From Amphiscolops sp. MND2022 (lineage: Eukaryota), in assembly GCA_964187785.1 (NCBI GenBank), contig OZ076413.1, positions 46,192,001 to 46,256,000 of the forward strand: DNA of 64,000 nucleotides. The letters run 5' to 3'. A program made the position numbers and the translations under genes. This document shows, in pieces, positions 39,501-52,745 of this stretch (its first letter is position 1; each line of letters opens with the position of its first letter). The notes under the pieces were generated by a model. The model worked only from the letters and a program-made list of their open reading frames with translations. It had not been told where the DNA came from and did no database searches.

Positions 39501-41290
39501 CAATTAACAATAATGCCAATGGACAAAAGGATAGTAAAACCAAACAACATACAACAAGCAACAAACCGATACCAAGAACTTAACAAAAATTGAAGTAAAT
39601 TTTCGGTGAAAAGTTCCGGTAGATATCGAGCACAAAAATAACAAACAAAAAATGGAAATACTGATATCTCAAAGAACAGATATCACACCCCTATTAAGAA
39701 TGGACTGAATGAAAACATTTAGTCTCACCATCGGCAGAATACAATTGACCGAGAACAGCCAATCAGAACGCGAGAAAGTATTCAATAGATTTCCAGATTT
39801 CTTCGAGAATACCGAAATGATGCAAAACACACCAAATAAACATTCAACTTATCCCGGGACCTTACCTTATCAAACAGAAAGCAAAACCGGTACTAAACAC
39901 CCATTAGAAGATGGGAAATAGAAAAACAAATCTGATCCGGACACTTGAAGAAGATAAACGATGTGAACGAAGACTGTTTTGTATCTCTGGTCGTCATTAC
40001 GGCGAAAAGTGAGAAATCAATGAATATAGCACTTGAATCGCGGAAATTGAGTGACAGCTGTACCAAAATGAGACCACACATACCAAACATGGAAGAGTTA
40101 TTAAACCAAGTTTCGGTAAAAATCACCTGTGACCGGACAGTACAGTTATTCATATCAAAAATTGACCTGAATTACGCATATGGACAGATGAAATTGTCAG
40201 AACAAATGATCCGGCAATGCAAATTCTCATTAACCGGGGAAAATTCAAGTGAATATTATAGATTCAAAAAAGGATAATACGGGTTCGCAGACATTCCCAC
40301 GATATTTATGAGAAAATAGACATGACATTGAAATATTCTACACGGCATGATTAAATGATATTATATTAGTGACCCGAGGGAACAAACAGGAACACGAGAA
40401 AAAGTTTTTGACATCCTAAATAAACTGGGAAAAGCCGGATACAGGGCAAATAAAAAGGGATCAGACTTCTTCATGAATAAAACGAAATGTTTCGGACTTG
40501 TAATAGACGAAAACGGAATAAAACTGTACGAAAAAAGTATAAGCAATACTAAACTAGGAACCACCGGAAAATACTAAAGATAGAAGATCGTTTCTCATCA
40601 CACAGTACAAGGCAAATATCTCACAGAAGCTTTTTGATCAAACAGACCGAATGAGAAAACTACTCAAAAAGAATGAACTATGGGAATGGGAACCGGAACA
40701 AGAAACAGACTTCACTTGAATAAAACAAATGGTAACCGAAGGACCGTGTTCAGCGACTTACGAAAAAATAACAAAAGTATGGTAACAACCGATGCCAGCG
40801 GACCCGGACTCGCAATATACGGATGGCAAAAACAAGATAACGGAAACATAACACCGATATAATACGGGAGCGAAAGTCTGAATGATACCGAAAAAAATTA
40901 CACAATCGTTGAATTGGAATTCTTAGCAGTCGCATGGGGATTAGATTTCAATGTTATTTTTATGGAAAGAAAGTAAAATTGTATACAGATCAACAAGCAA
41001 TAGAACCGCCAATGAATAAATTGATGCAACAAACCATACAGCGCAAAATTAACGCTTTGCTTGGACCGACAAGACCACTTTGATATCGCGATACAACATA
41101 TTGCGGGAAGCAATTTGAAATTTACATATTACTTCAGCCGCAATCCGGTTGAGGGAGCCACGCCGGAAGATGAAAACGCTGTGGAATACGAATACGTAAT
41201 TGTTATACTATGCGAACAAGCAAAACTAATTTTGAAATACGAACCATTATTCGCCGAGCAACCAAATGACAGCAAACACATAACCGAGAT
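36553..41290 (+). repeat. Segmental duplication, copy 1 (copy 2 is 59171-64000)
   Basis: Colinear from atagatgactctttcggg onward through the exon region and the Gypsy remnant. Initial offset is about 22.6 kb. Confidence 0.9.
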
Positions 41291-44085
41291 AAAGAATGGC
41301 ATATCCCAGAGCCAAATTGAGAAACAAAACAACTAATTGCAACTGAATACAACTTTCGCCAGCGAAAAGACGTGAACAAAACTACCCAAAATAAGAAAAG
41401 CTCACCCGGGCAGTCCAAAATTAGCGAGTCAAATTCAAATTGCTGACCGAAATTGAATTCATCACCTATTCAAAGGAATTTCTCCAGTAAGTCCGGAAGT
41501 TACCGACATGGACCGAAAAAGCTTTTACCACTGGGGCGCGACATGCGAGATCATGGAGATAATACGGAAACGGAACAAAGGTCCAGACACGCAGGCTCGT
41601 AGGGCAAAGAAACACGTAATCTAGAACGGAAACCCTGAGAAGGAAATATGATCCGCACTCTCAATGAACAATATTTGCACCAAACAAACATAGCCGAGAG
41701 GAATAAGCGGATATAGACGCTGAAGTGATGCGAATTGACTGGCGGAGGCTCTCAACCACTAGCAGAAAGTCCGGAAGAATGTCAGATAGAGTTCGAAAGA
41801 GCAGAAACGGAAGAAGACGTAATACTCCGAGGAGACAGTTTACCAATAGTGGACTGGAGCAAATTTAACACGGTCGGTAGGGACGTTCACTATGTCCAGA
41901 TTAACCATATCGTGGGAATATTGTCCTGATTGCTCGGAGCAAAAAACCAAGGAGACAATGAAGAAGGTTGAGTTCGACTTCATGCTCGACCTGGAAAGCC
42001 TATCGATCCGCTATCGATCCCGAGATCACATGTGTTAGTTTGTTAGAGCAAGTTTAACCGCAGAAGAAGACTAATCGACATTCTACAATTCGGTCATGCC
42101 GGTACAATAAAGATGATAGCCGCGGCAACAACATTCTGGTGGTCGGAAGGTAATCGAGGTATCGAAAATAAAGTCAAAGACTGCATGGCAAACCTCACTA
42201 CGGAATACTGAAAAAGTTAACCGAACCAGGCCAATGAATACAAATCGACTGTACCGGAAAGATTCATAACAATGAAATAAACGGAGACGTCCGAACTTTG
42301 AAGGCGGTAGATCGTTTTAGTAAATGGCCGACAGTAAAAACATGCAAAACTGCCGAAACAAAAAAGGTGATAAGTTTCCCAACAAGTGATGCTAATTTAT
42401 ACGTAATACGAGAGCCTTTATATCAAAAGAGTACATAGAGTTTTGTAAAAACCGAAATATACGGTTTGAATATTGTACACCTGGGAAACGGAACAGTAGG
42501 GAGAGCGAAACAAACTTCAGAAAATGAAATGTTGACAAACCTAGAAGAAGGAATTGATTTAACGGTAAATGTAAACCGTGATCTTCTGGTGCTGCGTTTT
42601 ACAATACGTACAGGACTGAAAAAGAAAACCATTTGAACTCCACCACGGTAGAAAAACCAGAGCCGAATTAACTAATATAATTAAAGACGGAAAAACGTAT
42701 TTATCGGGTCAGTCAGAAACGCCTATTTCAACGCCAAAGAAGCTGAAAGTTCCGATCTATATGGGGCAAGATGGCGTAGAGATAACAAACCACATAGTCG
42801 GGGCAAGGACCAAAACGGACGACAACCAAATAAATGAGGGTCCGTAAACTCTGAAGAAAGGTTCGGTTGACCTAAATTTGTAGAAAAAAATTATACTAAA
42901 ATCATTAGAAAGGTGTTTTCAAAAGAAAAACCAATCCGCAATTAACGGAATCAAAAATAGCGTGAGAATACGGACCTATTTTTGGACAAAAAACGGAAAA
43001 AAACCGACATGGCAAAATGGTAAATCGAAAATTTCTATCGAGACCAATGTTTCAGACCGAGAAAAGAAGCCGATAAGATACGGCACTAACAAGCGGTGAA
43101 ATCACACCAAAAAACCGACCTTGCCTGAGAAGACTGGACAAAAAATACGGCCAATGGGATGAGATACTGCCCGACATCCTCAATGGTAAACTGAAGATCG
43201 TTCAGAACCGGAAGTAGAGCGGTTCAGACACCGAAGACGATGATGATGATCATAGTGATGAAGAAGATATGGCTGTAGAAACCTGAAACCGAACATACGA
43301 CACGTCAGAACGGGATGGACATTACGAACCGATACGGACCAGCCCGGAAGAAGATGTGATACAGATTCACACCGACAGCTAAATCCCACATGGCGAGAAC
43401 ATTGAAAATAAAGACGACGATCTAGCTGAAACACAGATAAACCGAATAGATTCGGTAACGTACTGGAATTCGGTAAAATTACTGGAAATTTTTGGGGATA
43501 AATAAATTGAAGTGTTTGTACTATTACAGGTTCAAACTGGATTGCGAGAAAGCGAACACAGCTGCCCCAGACCACCCACAAGCTAGCTGATTTCATGCCC
43601 GGAGAAATGACCCCTCCAGGAAAGTCATCTTTCCATTAAAAGAAACCAAGGAGAGAGAGGGGTAAATGTATTACGAATGCTACCGAATGAACTTTACCGA
43701 GTTTCATTTGCCAAACAAACTTGAATAATTAAGTTACATTTTTGTATACAATATTGAAATAGTTTTGATACAATACAGACATACAAAATACATTATACTT
43801 TTAGAATTTTGTCCTAATCCTAACTTAGTCTTAGCAGATAACATCACATACGTTCTTATTTTATTGGGCACTCCAGGGATAATTTCAAGAATTTTTTTGA
43901 AAAATTGCCAAGAGATTTTTTAGGTGCTTACTGAGACTTGAATGTGAATTCGTTCCGGTTTGTGTTGCTTGAAGTACTCAATCTTGCTGAATCTGATATT
44001 GGTGTAGAAGTTACAATGGGCCCACGTCTGAATGTTGCGGTTAAAACCCTCTTCCACAAAATCCACTTTTTCTTGTTGATCCATC
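37240..44085 (-). CDS. Candidate spliced gene (exons 44085-43932 and 37500-37240) encoding an uncharacterised protein with a C-terminal hydrophobic helix
   Basis: Canonical gtttag acceptor and GTAAG donor, then ctcag acceptor. The phase-0 join gives MDQQEKVDF..HIQVS-NVKLGQTRMNF..FAMLLCAVLLGLERCY..FTSL*. The last exon has an identical protein sequence in the duplicate. An alternative frame through 44543-44379 is also open, so the model is ambiguous. Confidence 0.45.
38128..43710 (+). mobile_element. Heavily decayed Gypsy/Ty3 LTR retrotransposon, in an intron of the candidate gene
   Basis: Broken gag with CNKCGKKEHYAKAC knuckle, protease remnant (IDTGS), RT (ISKIDLNYAYGQ), RNase H (TTDASG), integrase (AVDRFSKW). 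Polypurine tract ggagagagaggggtaaa then TG at 43667, resembling the 5' TG start. Confidence 0.85.
38140..38563 (-). mobile_element. One-ended fragment of the 21119-22863 TIR element inserted at the Gypsy 5' end
   Basis: Contains gctagcaagatcttgctagttcg and ends atgtatcgtaatgg. Absent from the duplicate at about 60737. Confidence 0.65.
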
Positions 44086-45462
44086 CTAAACACAAGTGAA
44101 AGGGCTGTTACAAAATCGACTCTACTCAGAAGTTGGAAATTTACTCCTGAGATTTTAATTCACTTTTGGAGGCTCCCAACAGCTTTTAATCACTAAATCA
44201 GGATTTCTTCTCGCATTGGCTCTAGTTTTAAAAATAGCTTGAGCCATACAGACTTGCAGAGCTTTTTTAAACTTTGCTGCATCTTTGGAAAATCACTGCA
44301 GTGAAAAACTTCCAAGATTTTCCAAAGATGCAGGAAAGTTTTACAAAATTTACAGCCTTGAACTGGGGTTTTACATACCTAATCCAAATACTGTTTTTGA
44401 AAACGGTGATAAAGTGAAAGTTTGAGTCTCCCGAAAGCCAAACCACTTGATTCTCCCGAAATTATCTCCTGACGATTGAAGTTCCATATCGCAGAAAGAA
44501 ATGAATACATTCCATGTATGCCCGCGATTACAATCAACTATTGCTAGAGTGATAACCAAGTTATGACTACTTTATATAGTAAAATCAAGTTTCCAATCAA
44601 ACTAGATGTCAAGACATCATTAGGCAATTAATTTTATGCATGATACTTTGTTTTGCCCGAAACATGTTGGTCGTTTGACATTGTACCGTGAAATTTTTAT
44701 CTCCGTGTGAAGTCTCCAATGCTAATGTAAACGCTTATTTTTCTTACAACCTTTTACAAGCCAACTGAAAGTAACTTGTTGTCAATCTGTCTAGGTATTT
44801 CTTGATTCTTGAGATTGACCAGGATCAAGATCTTTATATTTTCAAACCCTGAGATTGAGTGATAACCAAAGATTCTGTATGCAAAACATGTCAGAAACTA
44901 TTCACAATCCAGTCTATGCTTTCATGTCCAGTTTGATAATCATGTTCAATTCAATTACAGACACACCTTTATCCCTTTCAAAGCCGTTACAACAAGTCGG
45001 AGATTCAATTTAGAACTGGAAGTCCCGTCACCAGCTGTTATCTAACAGAAAACATCTGAAATCTGTTTCATAATTAGGGATTAGGATCTAAGATAGCATT
45101 TGGTACATGACACCACGCTTCACTGCTGCCGTTTAACAAGCTGTCAGAAGTTTCCACGACAGCTTCCGAGCTGTATTTTGAGTAGCAAGCTATTGAATTG
45201 CAGGTAGAGAATTGACGGATAAATACAAGACTAAATTTCAACTTTGGTCCTCAACAGGAGACGATTAAAGAGCATTTTGAACTTCTTCCTCTTTCTTGAA
45301 ACTTTCTCCTTCACAAAATCAGAGATCTAACAGGGACTGGATATAACAAAACAGTTTCCTGATTTGGCTTTATGGCATTGTACGTCTTTTTTGAATTGCT
45401 TTCGCACCAAGTAATCCATACCAGGACGGGAGCTTGCATCTAACAAGTGTCGAAGTTCTAGT

Positions 45463-46060
45463 TGTCATGAACGTTTTCTGGACTATCGTCACAAAGACGG
45501 TTACGAGTTGGCTCACTTCTAGAACTACTCCTAATTGTCTGACCACGATGATCCTCAGGATGTCGTTCCGGACTCTCAGTCGGGATGTTCCATCCCTTTT
45601 GTGTCAATGATCCTGATCCAGCCTTAAGAGCATTCTGTATTTGCGGTAAAACCTGACTACCTATTGCATCATTAATGGCCCTTTGGATTTGAGCACTGAT
45701 ACTATTCATCATCTCATCCATTTCTCTTGAGATTCTCAAGATAAGTTCACCTGATAGACTATTAAATTCAGCACTAGAGTCAGTACCAGCAGAGTTGTGG
45801 CCATATTCGGCACTGCTACTCGACATTTTTTCCCTTGAATTAGAGTAATGATTTTCTTCATCGTTTTCATTTACATTGCAATTAGGGCTGTTTGACCTTC
45901 TACTAGAGCCCCCTTTTCACTTCCTTCCTTCCCTTTTTAAATGATTGCCTCCCAACATGATACCTAAGTTTTCTATGTCAGATAGCACTTCTGCTCCTCT
46001 AGATTTCCCTGGTTTCTAGAAGTAGGCATCAAGAAGTCCTGATTGTAATACTTTATTAGA
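45463..46060 (-). mobile_element. Probable solo LTR or 5' remnant with a gag-like N-terminal coiled-coil ORF
   Basis: ORF 45458-45826 (..ISREMDEMMNSISAQIQRAINDAI..) runs up to ..catgaCA. A decayed upstream frame starts MPTSR.. near 46030. Upstream boundary is uncertain. Confidence 0.4.
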
Positions 46061-48719
46061 AAATCAGGCGTAAGTATTTCAAAGGTATGTCAACGTCATT
46101 AAAGTAAACAAGATTGTCCCCTTCCTAGGAGAAACAGAGGTATATATACTCCTGAGAATATGGCATTCACATTTTTACATAATTACTTCATCAAAACAAC
46201 ATTCCAAACGCATTTCGTTAAACAAGATATTACACAGTTTCAGCAGGAAAATTCCATAAAAGGCAGGTGACTAGTAGCATTGACACTTTGAAACTGCACT
46301 CGGGTATTTTGTTCAAACCTCTTAGGAATTTGACCCATTCCGGCTTGAGCACATTTGAAAGAGTTAAATGCATGGGTTGTAAACATTCACAAACATCAAA
46401 GTAAGAGCTAAAATCTAAACATCGGAAATATGCAACAGTAATTCCTGGCACATGCTTGCACGTGGAACTAGATTAGCATCCGGTTGAATACGTTGATTTA
46501 CATGAGCTCTTGTTAGCGCTGAATAGGCCTGAACCGGCCATTGTAAATGAGATTAACAGTATTGTCCTGCTTTAATCGGGTAACAAGTATTGGTTTCCAT
46601 TAATGGCATTATTAGTTAAAACAATTAACATATCTGCATCTAACACCTTTAATCACAGTACCTGACATACCGAGACAGTTTTGAGCACTCTCCAAGAAAA
46701 TACACAGCACTACTACTTAAATAATGCAGCCTACTCGATGAAAGCTATATAGGCTGAAACCGGCCATTTAATAAGCGTCCATGGTTGTGGTGGCTAAATT
46801 AAGTCAATCGGCCGTAACTGGCTAAATATTGAACTGCTCAGAAAGGACATTTATAATACTGCACTGTGATTGGGTAGCTATAGGCCAACAAGTTACGACG
46901 CCAAGAAATGACGTTTTAGCACTCGAACTCCTTTCCTTTGCATTGTACAGTAATCTAATTACTTCTTGCATTTCAATCTTACATCGCTCATAAATATCAA
47001 ATCAGCACATTGAACAACAGTTAACAGATTTATATAAAACAAACGTATCAAATTATCTAAACAAACCAAGTATTAATGTTATGAGATTAATTATGCACAT
47101 CTACGACAACTTAACGATTTGTCCAAACTTTACATTTTACAGCGGTTTCACATATATTACCAAAAAGACTAACAAGATTCGAACTTTTTCAATTCCAAAA
47201 ACAATTTCACTGATGTCTGCTACATCACATATAATGTTAACTTGCCGGGAACTGAGATTAGCTCAAAGATCAAATAATAATTAAATGGAATTTTTCTGTT
47301 ATTCAATGAAAAGAAATGCAAGCAAATAGAAATCATATAAAATCATCAAACAACAGAACAGACTTCCAAAGGCATATGCCCACTTAACGGATACCTGATA
47401 AAGAGAGTAAAGTATTATAACAATGCTAAAGGGTTGCACTTCTTTTATCAAAATTTCACTGCCAAAAAACAAAGAGATACCCATAGGACTCAAAAGCCGT
47501 TTTTCCAGGAATCGAAACATCAAAAATTACCATTTTCCCCCGCAAAAAAGTTTCATTGTACCGAAAAACCCAAAAGAGCAAATTCTTCATGTTTGCTTAA
47601 AATCGAAAAGTGGTTTTGGTTTAAAAAATGGTCGCATAGTGCCGCAAAACGCCAAACTGTATTTCCTCTACATTTGTTAGCAGAAACAATTAGTTCGTAC
47701 GAGACTTGAACCCACCTACACCTGCTTCCGAGTCTCAAGCAATGTCACCAGGTCTAAAAATTTGCGTTAAACCCTAGGCAAACGCCCATATAAATTCATG
47801 AAACTTTCTTTTGAAAAAGGACGCTCCAGACACCTTGAGAAAAAAACAAGCTACCTTGACAGTTTTGCATATTTTTCATTAAAAAAGAGCCTGTATTATA
47901 CACAACTCCAGTATATGCCCAAGAGGCGCAGCGATTTGTTCGTACACAATTAGTAGTAGATGTACGTGGCATTTGCGGTGGGGGGGGTTGAGTGAGTAAC
48001 CAAACATGGTCATAACGCGAATTCCAAATGACGTCATGATGGCGACACAATGACGTAACCGAAGGTCAAAAATACTCACTCACAGAGAGCCGACTAGAAA
48101 CCGAAACAAATGACACAACCTTGAAAAATCCGAGCCCGGAAATTTTTTTGTTTCTATTTCAGGCAATGAAAGGAAATTTCCTTACCTTTGCGTGCTGGAA
48201 AGTAATAAAAAAAATGGAAGGAGCAGTTTGTTAGGAATGGAAATTGCGGCCGTGATAAAAGGAAACAGGATCAATAAAAGGTGCTTTCATCTACCAACGT
48301 TGAAATGAATGTGCTTCTACTTACTTCCTTTTGATGCTAGTGACCTTTATTGATGCGTGATTTCCATGGATAAAACTTCCCTGAAGTTACCTTCATTTGC
48401 GTAATGGATAACATTCTTTATCATTCCAACCATCAACCGCCAAAAATATCTCCACCTTTACACAACGCCATATTTTCACACCGAGTAACATGGAAATGTG
48501 ACCTGCAAATTGTGAAAATTGCTATAGAAATTGACGAAAAAAGATGATGAAATGCTGTAAAAAGTATACTTTTTCTCATGTATAGAAGACTGAAAGAGTT
48601 TTCACAGTGTTGAATAACGAAGTGCCGGACACGAAATAAGGGCATATTTTTTTACAAATGCGCAGAGTAGCCCCTGAAATAGCTACTATTTTCTACTAGG
48701 ATCTCTACAGAGATCCTAT

Positions 48720-51700
48720 AGTAATATACCGTATTTCGAAATATAGATCGAATATAAGTTCTACGCGACTGTGTTCATTGAATCTTAGCTACTTTAGCCC
48801 TACAGTATTGTACTGTATATTGAAATATAGATCGAAGATAAGTCCTACACTACCATGTTCATCGAATCTTAGCTACTTAGACATATAGTATTGTACTGTA
48901 TAATGAAAGATAGATCCAATATAAGTCGTATACGCCTATGTTCATTGAATCTTAGCTACTTTAGACTTATAGTATTGTACTGTATATAGAAAGATCGATC
49001 AAATAAAAGTCCTTTACAGCTGTGTTCATCGAATCTTAGCTACCTTAGACATATAGTATTGTAATGTATTTCGACTGATAGATCTAATATAAGTCCTATA
49101 CGCCTATTGTCATTGATTCTTAGCTAATTTAAACTTATAGTATGGTACTGTATATAGAAAGACAGATCGAATATAAAACACATACGACCCTGTTCATCGA
49201 ATCTTACCTACTTTAGACCTATAGTACGGTACTGTATGTTGAAAGATTGTTCAAATATAAAAGCTATACGATCTTGTTAATTGAATCTTAGCTACTTTAG
49301 ACCTATAGTATTGTACTGTATAATGAAAAATAGATCGAATATATGTCGTTAACAGCTGTGTTCGTCGAATCTTAGCTACCTTAGACGTATAGTATTGTAC
49401 TGTATATTGACCGATAGATCCAATAAAAGTTCTATACGCCTATGTTCAATGAATTTTAGAAACTTTAAACTTACAGTATGGTACTGTATATAGAAAGATA
49501 GATCGAATATAAAACATATACGACCCTGTTCATCGAATCTCCGCTACTTTAGACCTATAGTATGGTACGATATATTGGAAGATAGATCAATTAAAAGTCC
49601 TTTACAGCTGTGTTCAACAAAACTTAACTACTTTAGTCCTGAAGTAAGGTTCTGTAATTTGAAAGATAGATCAAATATGAGTCCTATACAACTATGTTTA
49701 TTAAATCTTAGCTACTTCAGACCTATCTTACAGTACTCTATATCGAAAGATAGATCAAATATGAGTCCTATACGACCGTTTTCATCGAATCTTACCTACA
49801 TTAGACGTAAAGTATTGTACTTTATATAGAATGATAGATCCAATATAAGTCCTATACGTCTATGTTCATTTAATCTTAGCTACTTCAGACTTGTAGTATG
49901 GAACTGTAAATTGAAAGATAGATCAAATATAAAACATATACGACCCTGTTCATCGAATCTTAGCAACTTTAGACCTATATTATGATACTGTATATTGAAA
50001 GATTGATCGCTTATAAAAGCTATAAGATCGTGTTAATTGAATCTTAGCTACATTAATCCGATAGTATGGTACTGTAAAATGAAATATAGATCAAATATGA
50101 GTCCTATACAACTTTGTTCATTGATTCGTAGCTACTTTAGAGCTATATCATGGTACTGTATATTGAAAGATCGATCGAATATAAAACCTATACGATGGTG
50201 TTAATTGAATCTTAGCTACTTTAGACCTATAGTTTTTTACTGTATATTGAAAAATAGATCGAATACAAGTTCTTTACAGCTGAGTTCAATGAATCTTAGC
50301 TACTTTAATCCTAGAGTATGGTACTGTGAAAGGAAAGATAGATCGAATATGAGTCCTATACAACTTTGTTCATAAATTCTTAGCTACTTTAGACCTTTAG
50401 TATGGTACTGTATATTGAAAGATAGATCAAATATGAGTCCTATACGACCGTTTTCATCGAATCTTACCTACCTTAGACGTAAAGTATTGTACTCTATATT
50501 GAATGATAGATCCAATATAAGTCCTATACGTCCATGTTCATTGAATCTTAGCTACTTCAGACTTATAGTATGGTACTGTATATTGAAAAATAGATCAAAT
50601 ATAAAACATATACAACCCTGTTCATCGAATCTTAGCTACTTTAGACCTATTATATGGTCCTGTATATTGAAAGATTGATCGCCTATAAAAGCTATACGAT
50701 CGTGTTAATTGAATCTTAGCTACATTAATCCTATAGTTTGGTACTGTAAAATGAAATATAGATCGAACATGAGTCCTATACAACTTTGTTCATTAAATTG
50801 TAGCTACATTAGAGCTATATTATAGTCGAATCTTGTAAAACCTATATAGATCGAATATGAGTCCTATACAACTTTGTTCATTAAATTGTAGCTACTTTAG
50901 AGCTTTATTATGGTACTGTATATTGAAAGATCGATCGAATATAAAACCTACACGATGGTGTTATTTGAATCTTAGCTACTTTAGACCTATAGTTTTGTAC
51001 TGTATATTGAAAGATAGATCGAATACACTTTCTTTACAGCTGTGTTCAATGAATCTTAGGTACTTTAATACATAGTATGGTACTGTAAATTGAAAGATAG
51101 ATCAAAGATAACTCCTATACAACTTTGTTCATAAAACCTTAGCTACTTTAGACCGTTAGTATAGTACTCTATATTGAAAGATTGATCGAATATAAAACCT
51201 ATACGATCGTGTTAATTGAATCTTTGCTACTTTAGACCTACAGAATGGGACTGTATACCGAAAGATATTTCGAATATAAGTCCCAAACGAACGTTTTCAT
51301 CGAATCTTACCTACCTTAGACGTAACGTATTGTACTCTATATTGAATGATAGATCCAATATAAGTCCTATACGTCTATGTTCATTGAATCTTAGCTACTT
51401 CAGACTTATAGTATGGTACTGTATATTGAAAAATAGATCAAATATAAAACATATACAACCCTGTTCATCGAATCTTAGCTACTTTAGACCTATTATATGG
51501 TACTGTATATCGAAAGATTGATCGCCTATAAAAGCTATACGATCGTGTTAATTGAATCTTAGCTACATTAATCCTATAGTATGGTACTGTAAAATGAAAT
51601 ATAGATCAAATATGAGTCCTATACAACTTTGTTCAATAAATTTTAGCTACTTTAGAGCTATCTTATGGTACTGTATATTGAAAGATCGATCGAATATAAA

Positions 51701-52745
51701 ACCTATACGATGCTGTTAATTGAATCTTAGCTACTTTAGACCTATTGTTTTGTACTGTATATTGAAAGATAGATCGAATACAATTTCTTTACAGCTGTGT
51801 TCAATGAATCTTAGCTACTTTAATCCATAGTATGGTACTGTAAATTGAAAGATAGATCAAAGATAACGCCTATACAACTTTGTTCATAAAACCTTAGCTA
51901 CTTTAGACCTTTAGTACGGTACTGTATATTGAAAGATTGATCGAGTATAAAACCTATAAGATTGTGTTAATTGAATCTTTGCTACTTTAGACCTACAGAA
52001 TGGGACTGTATATCGAAAGATATATCAAATATAAGTCCCAAACGACCGTTTTTATTGAATCTTACCTACCTTAGACGTAAAGTATTGTACGCTATATAGA
52101 ATGATAGATCCAATAGAAGTCCTATATGTCTATGTTCATTGATTCTTAGCTCTTTTAGACTTACAGTATGCTACTGTATTTTAAAAGATAGATCGAATAT
52201 AAAACATATACGACCCTGTTCATCGAATCTTAGCTACTTTAGACCTATTTTATGGTACTGTATGTTAAAAGATTGATCGAATATAAAAGCTATACGATCG
52301 TGTTAATTGAATCTTAGCTACTTTAGACCTATAGTATTGTACTGTATTTTGAAAGAAATACCGAATATAAGTCTTATACGGCCGTGTTCATTGAAAATTA
52401 GCTACCCTACTCCTATAATTTGGTGATGTATAATGAAAGATAGATCAAACATAAGTCCTCTACGGCTGTGTTCATTGAATCGTAGCTACTTTAGAGCAAC
52501 AGTGTGGTACTGTATATGGAAAGGATGATCAAATATGAAACCCATACGATCGTGTTCACCTAATCTTTACTTTAGACCTATTTTATGGTACTGTATGTTG
52601 AAAGATTGATCGAATATAAAAGCTACATGATCGTGTTAATTGAATCTTAGCTACTTTAGACCTATAGTATTGTACTGTATAATGAAAGACAGATCGAAGA
52701 CAAGGCCTATACGAAAGTGTTCATCGAATCTCAGCTACTTTAGTA
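48720..52745. repeat. 84-bp satellite array, about 48 monomers
   Basis: gaatcttagctac recurs at 48780, 48864, 48947, 49031, 49115, 49199 and onward. Consensus gaatcttagctactttagacctatagtattgtactgtatattgaaagatagatcgaatataagtcctatacgaccgtgttcatc. Confidence 0.95.

Noticed and set aside
49575..51521. Repetitive ORFs in the satellite (KDRSNMSPI...)
   Set aside because: They are a by-product of an 84-bp unit that is a multiple of 3, and stops are frequent and scattered.
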